A stretch of DNA of 64,000 bases from an uncultured Planctomycetaceae bacterium (GCA_963976765.1 CAXBME010000015.1:1-64000), one strand, 5' to 3'. Shown: positions 30,857-40,745, counted from the stretch's first letter. A program made the numbers and translations. Notes: a model not told the origin generated them from the sequence alone.

Positions 30857-32250
30857 AGCGAGCCTCGCTTCCGTTCATCGACCGTGTCTGTTTCGCGAGA
30901 CTCTGGCAGTGGATCAGGCTCTGTAGAGAGCCACTTCTCTGGGGGAAGTGGTTCGTAGCTGTTCGGCAAACCATCTTCAACGACTTCGATTGAGCCTTCC
31001 GTTGTTTGAACTTTCATCTCGGGCCGGGATTGCAGCAGGCCCTCGATCACAAGCGACTCTTCGCCTGCAAGACCTTCTCGCACAACTCGAAGGCCGTGAA
31101 CAATCGGCCCGGGTTTGATCGCTCGTCGCTCGATCACGTTGTTAACCACAATATAGACGTACTGTTCTGACTGATCCGTTCCGATTGCAGAATCGGGAAT
31201 CAGTACCGCCCGGTAGGGAGCACTGCCAGGAATCCGAATCCGCGCGAACATCCCTGGAACAAGCAACTGGTCATCGTTGGAGAAAATGCATCGAGCCCGC
31301 ATGGTCGCCGTGTCTGAATCAAACCGGTTGTCAACAAAATCCATGTGCCCTTCGTGCGGAAATCCGCTCTCATCGACCAATCCCAGGAACACCGGATTCT
31401 TAGCCTCGCGAGAACTTGCTCGTGCTCCGGACAGCGCCAATCGGATGTATTTCAATACGTCCCGCTCGTTGGCATCGAAGTAGCAATGGATCGGGTTGTC
31501 GGAAACAATCGTCGTGAGCAATGTCGACTGGCTCGACCCACCGCTGATGAGGTTACCATCGGTGACATATCGCCGACTGATCCGACCACTCACCGGTGAT
31601 CGTATCTGAGTGTATTGGAGATTCAAAGTCGCTGATTCGACGTTCGTCCTCGCCGTTTCAATGGATGCTGTTGCTGTCGCAATTCCGGCATTTGCCGATT
31701 CGATTTTCGCGTTGGTTGCTTCAATTGCGGCGGAAGCCTGGAGCTGTTGGCTCTCCAGGACGTCCAGCTCGTCCTGGGAAATTACGCTACTCTCTGCAAG
31801 TTTCTTCGCGCGGGTCAGGCGGATGTTCGCAAGAGTCAGCTGAGCATCCGAGTCGGCCTTCTCGGCCTGTGCTTGCTTTCGTAATGACTGAGCTTCCGAA
31901 AGCCTCGCATGTGATTCTTCCAGCCGTGCCTTTGCTCCATTCAATTCAGCTTGAAACGGACGACGATCAATGATCGCGAGTAAGTCGCCCTGGTTGACCA
32001 TCTGCCCTTCATGAAAGTGTGTCGATTCCAGATAGCCACTGACGCGGGCGCGCACCTCGACGGAATCAATCGCATCAAGTCGCCCGGTGTATTCATCCCA
32101 TTCCACAATCTGCATGACTACCGGCTTTGCAACGGTAACCGGCGTCGACGACGGTACGGCTATTGACGATTGCGACTCGCGATTGCAGCCCACTACTCCG
32201 AGGGCGAGCGTCGCAGCCACAAACAGCATCGAGGCTCGGGGAATTTTCAT
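30853..32250 (-). CDS. RND periplasmic adaptor lipoprotein (MexE-like)
   Basis: VVGC lipobox, EWDEYTGR, VRARVSG, IRSPVSG, PGMFAR. Confidence 0.92.
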   Translation of the reverse strand: MKIPRASMLFVAATLALGVVGCNRESQSSIAVPSSTPVTVAKPVVMQIVEWDEYTGRLDAIDSVEVRARVSGYLESTHFHEGQMVNQGDLLAIIDRRPFQAELNGAKARLEESHARLSEAQSLRKQAQAEKADSDAQLTLANIRLTRAKKLAESSVISQDELDVLESQQLQASAAIEATNAKIESANAGIATATASIETARTNVESATLNLQYTQIRSPVSGRISRRYVTDGNLISGGSSQSTLLTTIVSDNPIHCYFDANERDVLKYIRLALSGARASSREAKNPVFLGLVDESGFPHEGHMDFVDNRFDSDTATMRARCIFSNDDQLLVPGMFARIRIPGSAPYRAVLIPDSAIGTDQSEQYVYIVVNNVIERRAIKPGPIVHGLRVVREGLAGEESLVIEGLLQSRPEMKVQTTEGSIEVVEDGLPNSYEPLPPEKWLSTEPDPLPESRETDTVDERKRGSL

Positions 32251-32283
32251 AATGATGATCCGTTGGTCGTGAAATAAGCTTGA

Positions 32284-32300
32284 ACTGGACTCAGTCTAGT
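32284..32300. promoter_or_regulatory. Possible repressor operator upstream of the RND operon
   Basis: actggac-tca-gtctagt near-palindrome about 35 bp upstream of the adaptor start. Confidence 0.3.
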
Positions 32301-32891
32301 CGTTTGCCTGCTACAGCATCAGGCAAGACTTTCCTGCGAGTCCGCTTCGGCAACGTTCTCGGCGAAACTCTGATCGGCAACGCCAATCTGCTGAGTCATC
32401 CGTATCGAAATGTGCGTGAAAGCGACCTTTACCAATGGTGTCAAAGATTGTCGATCCAACTAGAGACGGTGAAAGTGGCAATCTCTCTGAAACCAACTGC
32501 GGTAGCCCATGAAAAACGGACAGGGACGGGCGATACCGTCTGTTCTCTTTGCAAGAAGAGACCCCCCATGCCCGGCTTAGAACTCTCCATGATAGTTCTC
32601 ACGAAGACGTCTCGACAGAAGCTATTGGAGACACAAGAACCGTTCTCACCGAACCTGAGTTAAGAGAAACGCTGGAGTCGTTTCTACGAGAGTTTCGAGA
32701 CTCGTTTGCGGCCGCACCAGTTGACTGGCGGGAGTTGATCTACCGTGACTCAGTCGTCTGGCTTCAACGGCATGAATCTCACAAAGGAAGCGACGCGTCA
32801 GTGCAGAAGAATCAGGGCAGGCAATTGCATTTGAATCATGCCAACCTTCAGGGATTGCTGTATTCGGTTTGGGCGTGAATTGAAGGCTTCA

Positions 32892-34970
32892 TCAGGCCAC
32901 AAGGCCATCTCGTCGGTCTGCAGCGATCAGTGAATTCAGCAAGCCATCGGGAAGCTGGTTCAGTTTCTGGTAGGAGCCAAATTCGACAATTTTTCCGTCC
33001 ATCAGACCGATGATCTGGTCGGCATGTCTGATCGTAGAGAGCCGATGGGCGATGATGATCACCGTCAGTTGTCCGCGCATTCGCTGGATCGACTCTTGAA
33101 TGCGATTCTGGTTTTCAGCGTCCAGGTGACTGGTGGCTTCGTCGAGGATCAACAGGTCTGGCTGGCGAAGCAGTGCTCTGGCAAGAGCCAGTCTTTGCCG
33201 TTCTCCGCCGGAGAGTCTCACGCCTCGATCGCCGACGATTGTGTCCAGACCTTCCGATAGTCGAGCCACGAAACCATCAGCACCGGCCAACTCCAATGCC
33301 TGGTTCAGTTCTGCGTCCGATGCTTCCGGACATGCCATCAGAAGGTTTCTGCGGATGGTTTCGTGCAGGAGAAAAGTGTCTTGCGGGACGTAGCCGATCT
33401 TCTTTCTCCAGCCACGCAGCATGTCTTCCGTTAATGGCTGGCCGTCGACTTCAAGATGCCCGCACTCCGGCAACAACAGCCCCATCAACACATCGGCAAG
33501 CGTGCTCTTTCCGGCTCCGGAGTGACCGATGATCGCCGTTGTCTGATTGGGGCGAATGCTGATGTCGATATCCTTCAATGCCCATACCGGGGCATCATTC
33601 CTGTATCGAAACGAGACTGCTCGAAACGTGACTTCTGGCCCTCTGTGGATACAGACGCTGTTTTCTTCAGGGTGATTCGTTCCATTCCATTCAGACTCAG
33701 AAGTCGTTTTGGGCCGGTCTCTGCCACCAGCTTGCGTCGACTTTTCGATTCGATGTTCGTCTGAAGAAATTCCGAATTCCTTCTCCGCTTCACAGGCCGC
33801 CTGCAGTGTCATCATCGAATGGAAGGCCGGCAGAGTGTTCAGAATTTGCTGATATGCCGACTGGACGCGTCTCAATCGTGGGATCAGCCGTGAAAAAACG
33901 TAAGCCAGAACGAGAAGCTCGACGGCCGGAATCTGAAACCCACGCACAGCCACGAGTAGCATCACGCTGAGAAATACGACAGAGCCGATTCCAATCAGCA
34001 TCGTGGTCGTGGCATTGAGTTTCTGGAAAATCAATTGCGAATTCTTCACTTCTTCGTTCGCCGAATGCACCGCCTCAACGTGCCACGACTCGCCGCCATG
34101 GCTCTTGATTTCCTTCATCCCGGAAAGCAGTTGCTCGATTGAGTGATAAAGCTCTTTTCCACCGCCGGTTTGCCGCTGACCAAGTCGTATCGAACTTCGA
34201 TTGAGTTTCGCCCACAACGGCCAGAGCCCCCCCGCAGCACTGAGAGTTAACAGTGAAAACATCGGTGAAATACTGATTGAAACTGCGATCTGCACACAGA
34301 CGAGCATCGTTGCCGCGACCAGCGACTGAAGTGTGGTGCATCCACTCGATACACGTTTGACGTCAGATGTCAGGGCGTGAAGGAACTCTGACTGCCGGGC
34401 AGTGAGGAAGTGAGACCATCGGCAGAACGCAACCGCTTCCAGAAGTCGTCGTTGCAGTTGAAGGGTCACATTGTGCTGCACTCGTGAGTTCAGCAGAGTC
34501 GTCCACCATTCGAGCAGGCCTTTTGCGGCAAACAGTACGACGAATACGGCCAGTATTATTTCGAGTGTCGGTGTCACTCCAGACGAACGAATGGCTTTCC
34601 CAAAAATTCTGGAAAGGCCACTACTGCTGTCCTGGGCTCCATTAACCAGATCCAGAAATGGAACAAGCAGCAGGATGGTCACCCCACTAAAGAGGCTGGA
34701 CACGACATTCAGCCCAAGCATCAACGGCAGGCGTCGCCCCTGAAGAGTGAGCAGCAGCGCGACGTACTGGCGTAGCGACTGCCATGTGCTGCCATCAGGA
34801 GTCACCGCGTTCGCAGCGTTGGACTGCGTAAGACTGAGCCTGTTTGATTTACAGATTTTAATCTGAGGCGCGTTCGACGTCATACTTACAGGTGTCTTAG
34901 CCAATTGTTCAGCAGGTTTGACAGCGGTAACAGATCGCGGAACGTCCTGTAGAACGTCCACCTGGGTCAA
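32892..34970 (-). CDS. ABC exporter (TM + NBD), lasso cluster D-type; true start may be nearer 34883
   Basis: Multi-TM domain, GHSGAGKST, LSGGERQR, DEATSHLD; divergent from the B1 gene. Confidence 0.9.
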   Translation of the reverse strand: MTQVDVLQDVPRSVTAVKPAEQLAKTPVSMTSNAPQIKICKSNRLSLTQSNAANAVTPDGSTWQSLRQYVALLLTLQGRRLPLMLGLNVVSSLFSGVTILLLVPFLDLVNGAQDSSSGLSRIFGKAIRSSGVTPTLEIILAVFVVLFAAKGLLEWWTTLLNSRVQHNVTLQLQRRLLEAVAFCRWSHFLTARQSEFLHALTSDVKRVSSGCTTLQSLVAATMLVCVQIAVSISISPMFSLLTLSAAGGLWPLWAKLNRSSIRLGQRQTGGGKELYHSIEQLLSGMKEIKSHGGESWHVEAVHSANEEVKNSQLIFQKLNATTTMLIGIGSVVFLSVMLLVAVRGFQIPAVELLVLAYVFSRLIPRLRRVQSAYQQILNTLPAFHSMMTLQAACEAEKEFGISSDEHRIEKSTQAGGRDRPKTTSESEWNGTNHPEENSVCIHRGPEVTFRAVSFRYRNDAPVWALKDIDISIRPNQTTAIIGHSGAGKSTLADVLMGLLLPECGHLEVDGQPLTEDMLRGWRKKIGYVPQDTFLLHETIRRNLLMACPEASDAELNQALELAGADGFVARLSEGLDTIVGDRGVRLSGGERQRLALARALLRQPDLLILDEATSHLDAENQNRIQESIQRMRGQLTVIIIAHRLSTIRHADQIIGLMDGKIVEFGSYQKLNQLPDGLLNSLIAADRRDGLVA

Positions 34971-35140
34971 GACGAAGAGTCATGATTCCAGCAATCTGCG
35001 GATAAATCTGCACCGGAAGTTTCCACTGACCGCATAAGGCAACACAGTTCAGACTGGTCTTGTGACAGTTTCGAGATAGAGATTATTTTTCCAAAGTCTC
35101 ACCGTGAGGCGGTCAGGTTGTTTCAAGTTATGGATGCGAG

Positions 35141-35464
35141 ATGGAGTCGAGGATGTCATCACACAACGGTTCCGATCTGAACATGCAGGCTGTGATCGCG
35201 CACTCGAAAGGTCTGGTTGCCACCGATATCGACGGTGAGATAGCCATCATGGCCATCGACAGCGGTAAGTATCACTCGCTGAACGCAACGGGCAGCCAGA
35301 TTTGGAATGCCGTCCAACAGCCGCAAACTGTGGCGGATCTATGCGAATCACTGGCAAGCCAATATCAGGTCGACGAAGAGCAGTGTCGTTCCGATGTACT
35401 GTCGTACCTTCAGGACATGGTTAACGAGCGACTGCTTGAGGTTTCTGATGCTGTTGCTGCGTAA
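35141..35464 (+). CDS. Lasso peptide B1 / PqqD-family RiPP recognition element (start may be 35153)
   Basis: DIDGEIAIM..DSGKYHSLNATGSQIW...L.SQYQVD...C..DV..YL pattern. Confidence 0.92.
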   Translation: MESRMSSHNGSDLNMQAVIAHSKGLVATDIDGEIAIMAIDSGKYHSLNATGSQIWNAVQQPQTVADLCESLASQYQVDEEQCRSDVLSYLQDMVNERLLEVSDAVAA

Positions 35465-35921
35465 GCTGACATCGCGGCCGTGGAGCGAGCAATGGACGCT
35501 GCTCGAAGCGGTTTGCCTGGTGGCAGTTGCAAGGCTGGCAGTCCTTCTACTGCCCTTCAGATGGATCTCCCGCTGGGTTGGTCCGCGTTGTTCGGAAGCA
35601 GACGACATTACCGAGGAGCCTGCTGACGAAGTCTTGAATCGCGTCAGTTGGGCAGTAAAGGCGGTCGGACGTCGTGTTCCGTGGCGTTCAGAGTGCTTCG
35701 AACAGGCTCTAACCGCCTGCGCCATGCTGCGTCGACGTGGCGGTAGTGGTGCGGTCTATTTCGGAGTCTTAAAGAGCGGAGACGGTGAACTGGCGGCGCA
35801 CGCGTGGGTTAAGTGTGGCGGCAGAACGGTTTGCGGTGGACGTGGACATCGGGCATTCACGGTTGTTTCCGCATTCGCTTTCGGTCGGCAATTGAGTAGT
35901 TCAAGGAAGAAGTCTCTGTGA
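35448..35921 (+). CDS. Lasso peptide B2 leader peptidase (transglutaminase-like)
   Basis: VPWRSECFEQAL (catalytic Cys) and AHAWV (His); ATG 35448 overlaps the end of B1. Confidence 0.92.
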   Translation: MLLLRKLTSRPWSEQWTLLEAVCLVAVARLAVLLLPFRWISRWVGPRCSEADDITEEPADEVLNRVSWAVKAVGRRVPWRSECFEQALTACAMLRRRGGSGAVYFGVLKSGDGELAAHAWVKCGGRTVCGGRGHRAFTVVSAFAFGRQLSSSRKKSL

Positions 35922-36853
35922 TGCACCACTACCAGTTATGTGGCTTGTCGATTCGTTCAGAATGGGAACTGGCCGGAGCAATTGCAGTTCCCGCAACAAC
36001 CGGCTCGCAGGCCGTGATTAAACGTGGTGATGTTCCGAAATCACTTCCCAATGCCGTTGGTCGAGGAGGTGCTTTTGAGTCGGCTCCTGGCCGGTTGCTG
36101 TTGAAGGTTCCCAACGTGGGGCGGTTCCTGGTGCGGGATGGATGTGAGATTCTGGTGGCTCCCGAGCCGACGGCTCAGGCGTCCGAGATTCGGGCGTTTC
36201 TGATGGGGTCGGCCTTTGCCGCGTTGCTCCATCAGAACGGAATTCTGCCGCTGCACGCCAGTACGGTTGAGGTGGACGGTGAAGCGGTCGCGTTTGTCGG
36301 CCAGAGTGGTGCGGGAAAATCGACACTGGCTTCTTTTCTCGGTCAGCGTGGATATCCGCTTCTGGGAGACGATGTCTGTCCGATCCGCGTAATGCCGGGT
36401 CTGGGGCCTGTCGCCTTTCAGGGATTCATGCGATTCAAGTTGTGGGAAAACAGTGTGCAGGCGCTGGGGAAAGACTCCGCTGAGTATTCCCGTGTCAGGC
36501 CGACTCTGCAGAAGTACGAAGTCCCCGCCGAGCACCGATGCACTCAGCCGTATTTGCCGCTTCGCCGAATTTACGTGCTGCACGAAACGCGGGACGGGCA
36601 GACCGAGGGAATCGAGGAAGTCAAAGGGGTCGCGCGTCTGGCTGGCCTGGTGCATTACACGTTTCGGTCACGCTACCTGGCCGGGTTTGGGCTGCAGGCG
36701 GACCATTTTCGGATGTGCAGTGAAGTGCTCGGGCCAGTGCAGGTCTTTGAACTCAGCCGACCGTGGAAGTTGAAACGTACGCCGGAGATCATCGACTGGC
36801 TGGAAGATCAGTGGGGTGTTTCAACGATGAGTGCCGCGAGCAGTGCCGCCTGA
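35918..36853 (+). CDS. HPr-kinase-like lasso peptide kinase (PadeK/ThcoK type)
   Basis: PLHAS, GQSGAGKST, LLGDD; overlaps the B2 stop. Confidence 0.88.
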   Translation: MMHHYQLCGLSIRSEWELAGAIAVPATTGSQAVIKRGDVPKSLPNAVGRGGAFESAPGRLLLKVPNVGRFLVRDGCEILVAPEPTAQASEIRAFLMGSAFAALLHQNGILPLHASTVEVDGEAVAFVGQSGAGKSTLASFLGQRGYPLLGDDVCPIRVMPGLGPVAFQGFMRFKLWENSVQALGKDSAEYSRVRPTLQKYEVPAEHRCTQPYLPLRRIYVLHETRDGQTEGIEEVKGVARLAGLVHYTFRSRYLAGFGLQADHFRMCSEVLGPVQVFELSRPWKLKRTPEIIDWLEDQWGVSTMSAASSAA

Positions 36854-36879
36854 CAAACTCGTGAAGAGGAGACTGGAAT

Positions 36880-37776
36880 ATGTCAACGACGCTCACTCTT
36901 TCCCAGGAGACCGGGATTGGTGCTCCGACAACACGCCAGGGAATCATCTGGTTGGCTTCCTATCCGAAATCAGGAAACACCTGGTTTCGCTTTTTTCTGC
37001 GAGCCCTGCTTAACGAGAATGAGACCCGCGGATGTGAAATGGGGATGGCGAGTTCGCGGGAGGTTTTCGACGACTACACAGGCATCTGCTCTTCGGACTT
37101 GACGAACGATGAGATCGATTCTCTCCGTCCAGGCGTCTACGAGCAGGTCGTGGCAGATGCTGAAAAGTTACCGATTTTTGCCAAAACTCATGATGCCTGC
37201 ACAAATCTGGCTGACGGTGAGCCCATGCTTTCCCGCAAGGCAACTGCGGGAGCCATCTACCTGATCCGTAATCCACTCGACGTTGCTGTTTCGTTTGCTT
37301 ACCACTCGGGGCATGAGAACTTCAGCCAGATGCCGCAAGTCCTGGCGGATGGGCATCTCTGCGACCATGAGGACCGGATGGTTAAACAGTTGCGGCAGCA
37401 GATGTTTGGCTGGAGCGGGCATGTCCAAAGCTGGCTGGACAGTGATTTTCCAGTCCACTTCATGCGTTATGAAGACATGAAAGCCAGGCCGCTGGAGACA
37501 TTTGCTGCCGCCGTGCGATTTGCCGGTCTGCAATGCACGGATGAAGAAATTCTGACGGCGCTGGAGGCCAGTGCTTTTGAGAAGCTGCAGGCCAATGAGG
37601 CCGAGCATGGGTTTTCTGAAAAGATGCCCCGCTGCAAATCTTTCTTCCGCAAAGGGGAAACAGGCTCGTGGCGGGAATCACTCAGCGACAGTGACGTTGA
37701 ACGCATCGTTGATGATCACCAGGAAATCATGCGCAAGTTCGACTATTTGACTGATTCGAACAAAATCGTGTTCTAA
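36880..37776 (+). CDS. PAPS-dependent sulfotransferase 1 (Sulfotransfer_1/SULT-like)
   Basis: ASYPKSGNTW 5'-PSB loop, RNPLDVAVS, RYEDM, FFRKG..G.W. Confidence 0.92.
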   Translation: MSTTLTLSQETGIGAPTTRQGIIWLASYPKSGNTWFRFFLRALLNENETRGCEMGMASSREVFDDYTGICSSDLTNDEIDSLRPGVYEQVVADAEKLPIFAKTHDACTNLADGEPMLSRKATAGAIYLIRNPLDVAVSFAYHSGHENFSQMPQVLADGHLCDHEDRMVKQLRQQMFGWSGHVQSWLDSDFPVHFMRYEDMKARPLETFAAAVRFAGLQCTDEEILTALEASAFEKLQANEAEHGFSEKMPRCKSFFRKGETGSWRESLSDSDVERIVDDHQEIMRKFDYLTDSNKIVF

Positions 37777-38050
37777 AAAACGTTCTCCTCATGCAACGAA
37801 ATCGTCAAATCCGATACATGCGGCAGGACCACCGTTTCCGTAACGGACGGGAGATGGTGCGTACCTACCTGGCCTGCCTGACTACCACTCACGAGCGCTG
37901 TTAGAAACTGATCGTTTGCAGGATGAAGCTGACACTCAGTTGAAAATGAATTGACCAGGCTGGATCAAGCGAAACGTCGCTCCGGGACTGCTGAACCCTC
38001 AGTAAACTGCTAACGCTAATCCTTCCGGACACGGAACCAGGAGAAACAGA

Positions 38051-38239
38051 ATGTCGACACCAATGAGTTTTGATCATTCAAATAACAATGCCCACACGGA
38101 AGAAAATGGCGTTGCCCGCCCTGTCTGGGTGGCTCCAAAACGTACTTCGCTGGCCGTGCAACGTACCAGCGGCACCAATCCGGCGAGCAATCCCTACGAG
38201 CCGGCCGTCATTTCCTCTTTCTATGCGCCGACATCCTGA
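38051..38239 (+). CDS. Lasso precursor A1; predicted core GTNPASNPYEPAVISSFYAPTS (38171-38236)
   Basis: AGGAG RBS; leader WVAPKRTSL (W/YxxP), Thr at -2, Gly1, C-terminal Ser. Confidence 0.9.
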   Translation: MSTPMSFDHSNNNAHTEENGVARPVWVAPKRTSLAVQRTSGTNPASNPYEPAVISSFYAPTS

Positions 38240-38335
38240 AGGCCAGCCGTTCGCGCGGAAGCGGAATTGCCGGCAGAGTTCTGCAACAGGCTGCAGACGC
38301 TTAAAAGTCCCGGAAACTTAGTCAGGAGAAGCAAA

Positions 38336-38524
38336 ATGTCGACACCAATGAGTTTTGATCATTCGAATAACAACGGCCAAACGGAAGAAGACGGCGTTGT
38401 CCGCCCTGTCTGGGTGGCTCCCAAACGTACTTCTCTGGCTGTGCAGCGCACCAGCGGAACGAACCCTATATTTAATAGTGAGAATGCAGGCCCTTCGCCT
38501 AGCGACTATGCGCCGACTTCATGA
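38336..38524 (+). CDS. Lasso precursor A2; predicted core GTNPIFNSENAGPSPSDYAPTS (38456-38521)
   Basis: AGGAG RBS before ATG 38336; leader nearly identical to A1; Gly1, Glu9, C-terminal Ser. Confidence 0.92.
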   Translation: MSTPMSFDHSNNNGQTEEDGVVRPVWVAPKRTSLAVQRTSGTNPIFNSENAGPSPSDYAPTS

Positions 38525-38631
38525 GTGAATGAGGCAAGCGTAGATCGATCTGCCGTGCGTGACGAAATTGTGGCTGTCGGCAGTTTCGTTCAGACGGGAA
38601 TCAGCGGGTGCGAAGTGGTCTTTTCGGAGCG

Positions 38632-38669
38632 AGCAGATTCGCCGTAGTATCGGACGGAGCGAATCTGCT
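38632..38669. terminator. Stem-loop downstream of the precursor genes
   Basis: agcagattcgc / gcgaatctgct, a perfect 11-bp stem with no U-tract. Confidence 0.55.
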
Positions 38670-38777
38670 GGACTCGTGAGAAGGTTCGTCAGTGAGCTGA
38701 ATTATGACGAGTCACAGTCCAACGAAAGACCGCAGGCGTCCTGCGGAGATTGTGGAATTGTTTTCTGGAATGATGAA

Positions 38778-39656
38778 ATGAAGTCACGTTCGAGGTACGC
38801 CCTGGCGACGGTGACAACCGAGCGGTTTCTGCCAGGTACAGCAACAATGCTGCAGTCGTTCCTACGGCTGACACCTTCGATGCGGATGGACCTTGTCGTT
38901 TTCTGTGACGAACTGTCGCCAGCCATTGAAGCGGAACTGGCCGGTTTTCCCCGCCTGCGTCTGCTGCCGATTTCCGAGTCGCTGAGTCAATCGGTCACTC
39001 GACTGGTAGAAGCGGTGCCTCGGCTGACCCCGCGCAAGGCCAGGTTTTATTCCCTCGATGTGTTCGGGCTGGACGAGTACGACCGCGTCCTCTTTTGCGA
39101 CAGCGACGTGCTGTTTGTGGAAGACGTGTCTGAGCTGTTTCAAAGCGACAACGAATTGTGTGCCTGCGGCGAACGAACCTGGTACACAGATCAGACCAGA
39201 GACCCGCAAACGCATCGGATTCTTGACAAGGCGTCTCACGCGACTGAAGCACCACCAGCCTTCAACGCAGGATTGCTCTCGATCGGCAAGCCCTTACTGA
39301 ATAAAACGGTCAAACAACGTCTGCTGGACGAGATGACGCCGGAACTCTGGCAATCAGGACAGGCCCATCACACAGATCAGCTCATTCTGAATCGAGTTTT
39401 CGCCGACCGGATACACATCCTGCCCGCGCCGTACAACTTTCTGCTGCTGCATCACGACGCGATCCTTCGCAAAGAAAACACTACTGTCGACCAGGCAAAA
39501 GTCATCCACTTCAACGGTGCGCCGAAACCGTGGGAAACCGGCGAAGCGATGCGAAAAGCCGCTCAAGACCCTGCCTGGCGTCAGGCGTTCGCGAAGTGGC
39601 AGCAGGTTTATCAATCGATCAACAGGCCGGAGTCCAGTCTTCTGGCGAGAGCGTAG
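38778..39656 (+). CDS. GT8 (glycogenin-like) glycosyltransferase
   Basis: YDRVLFCDSD (DxD), FNAG, DQLILN, HFNGAPKPW; start chosen at MKSRS. Confidence 0.88.
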   Translation: MKSRSRYALATVTTERFLPGTATMLQSFLRLTPSMRMDLVVFCDELSPAIEAELAGFPRLRLLPISESLSQSVTRLVEAVPRLTPRKARFYSLDVFGLDEYDRVLFCDSDVLFVEDVSELFQSDNELCACGERTWYTDQTRDPQTHRILDKASHATEAPPAFNAGLLSIGKPLLNKTVKQRLLDEMTPELWQSGQAHHTDQLILNRVFADRIHILPAPYNFLLLHHDAILRKENTTVDQAKVIHFNGAPKPWETGEAMRKAAQDPAWRQAFAKWQQVYQSINRPESSLLARA

Positions 39657-39752
39657 GTATCCCACTGAGCTGGGAGTTCGCATGGGCCTGAAGTCGCAGG
39701 GGCAGGAACTGCCATCATCGGTGGCCCCCAAGGATAAACAGGCCGTCAGAAC

Positions 39753-40619
39753 ATGACATCATCTACCCGCTTCTTTGGCTCGCAGTTTGATCTTTCCGAG
39801 CAGGTTCAAACTCACCTGTTCGTCATCAGCCCGAACAACAGTGGGTCGACGTTTTTGAAGAATGTCCTGGCAACGTCTCGGCATACCTGGAATCTCGCTC
39901 GCGAGGGACAGCACACCAAAGGCTTTCAGGGGCCGAGCAGTCGCAGCGAGCGATTACCTCTGCTTTGGGCCGCTCGCCCGGAATGGATCGAACGCTTTAC
40001 AGACACGACGAAGTTCAACTGGTCGAAAACGCGAGACTACTGGTATTTCCAGTCCGTGGCCCACGACTCAAACGCGACCGTGTTCGTCGAAAAGTCTCCC
40101 CCGTTTCTGCTGAACGTGGAGCAACTGTCGGAGAATTTCCGGGACGCCCGATTCCTGTTTCTGCTTCGGAATCCGTACGCCGTGGCGGAAGGCATCCTGC
40201 GCCGTTGTCGCAAGCGACCGCGTGACTGGTTCGAGCAACTGCACCCCGTGACGGCGACCGCCTGTCACGTCGCCCGCTGCATGCAGAAACAGAAAGAAAA
40301 TATCGAACTGTTCGAAAATCAGGGAACGTTTTTTACCTACGAGCAGATGTGCGAGCAGACGGACGACGTGCAGCGGAAGATCCAGAAACTGGTTCCTCAA
40401 TTGGATGATCTGCAACTGAATCAGCAGATCTCTGTCAAAGGTATGTATGACGAGCCACTGCGAAACATGAATGGCCAGCAGATTTCCCGGCTGACGGCTG
40501 ACGAATTCCAGTTGATCAATCAGGTGTTTGACGAACATCAGGAATTACTAAGCAGTTTTGGATACGAGCGTCAGGACAGTTCGCAAAGTACGGATTCCAA
40601 CCTCGCCGCCGCAGGTTGA
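39753..40619 (+). CDS. Sulfotransferase 2 (Sulfotransfer_3-like)
   Basis: PNNSGSTFL, EKSP, LRNPYAVAE, TYEQ. Confidence 0.8.
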   Translation: MTSSTRFFGSQFDLSEQVQTHLFVISPNNSGSTFLKNVLATSRHTWNLAREGQHTKGFQGPSSRSERLPLLWAARPEWIERFTDTTKFNWSKTRDYWYFQSVAHDSNATVFVEKSPPFLLNVEQLSENFRDARFLFLLRNPYAVAEGILRRCRKRPRDWFEQLHPVTATACHVARCMQKQKENIELFENQGTFFTYEQMCEQTDDVQRKIQKLVPQLDDLQLNQQISVKGMYDEPLRNMNGQQISRLTADEFQLINQVFDEHQELLSSFGYERQDSSQSTDSNLAAAG

Positions 40620-40675
40620 TTCGTCTGTTTCCGGAAACGTGTTCGAACTAGATTCCCTCATCGAGAGCAATAATT

Positions 40676-40745
40676 CGTCATTCCCGCGAAGGCGGGAATC
40701 CAGAGCGTGTCTGGCAACTGGTTGCCCGCCTTCGCGGGCATGACG
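40676..40745. repeat. REP-like inverted repeat (cgtcattcccgcgaaggcgggaatcc class)
   Basis: cgtcattcccgcgaaggcgggaatccag...ctggttgcccgccttcgcgggcatgacg: two facing palindromic units. Confidence 0.8.

Noticed and set aside
32311..32880. Short ORFs between the RND operon and the lasso exporter
   Set aside because: No recognisable motifs, RBS or consistent frame; possibly decayed sequence, so left uncalled.
35141..35464. PQQ biosynthesis gene pqqD
   Set aside because: No pqqA/B/C/E nearby; it overlaps a lasso B2 gene.
35918..36853. Catabolite-repression HPr kinase hprK
   Set aside because: No PTS context; it is coupled to B2 and the precursors end in Ser.
38267..38524. 85-aa version of precursor A2 from the ORF track
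   Set aside because: ATG 38336 has an AGGAG RBS and aligns exactly with the A1 start.
37777..38777. A third precursor, or a CRISPR-like array from the repeated sequence
   Set aside because: Only two copies of the leader were seen; the repeat is coding and about 130 bp long, and there are no cas genes.
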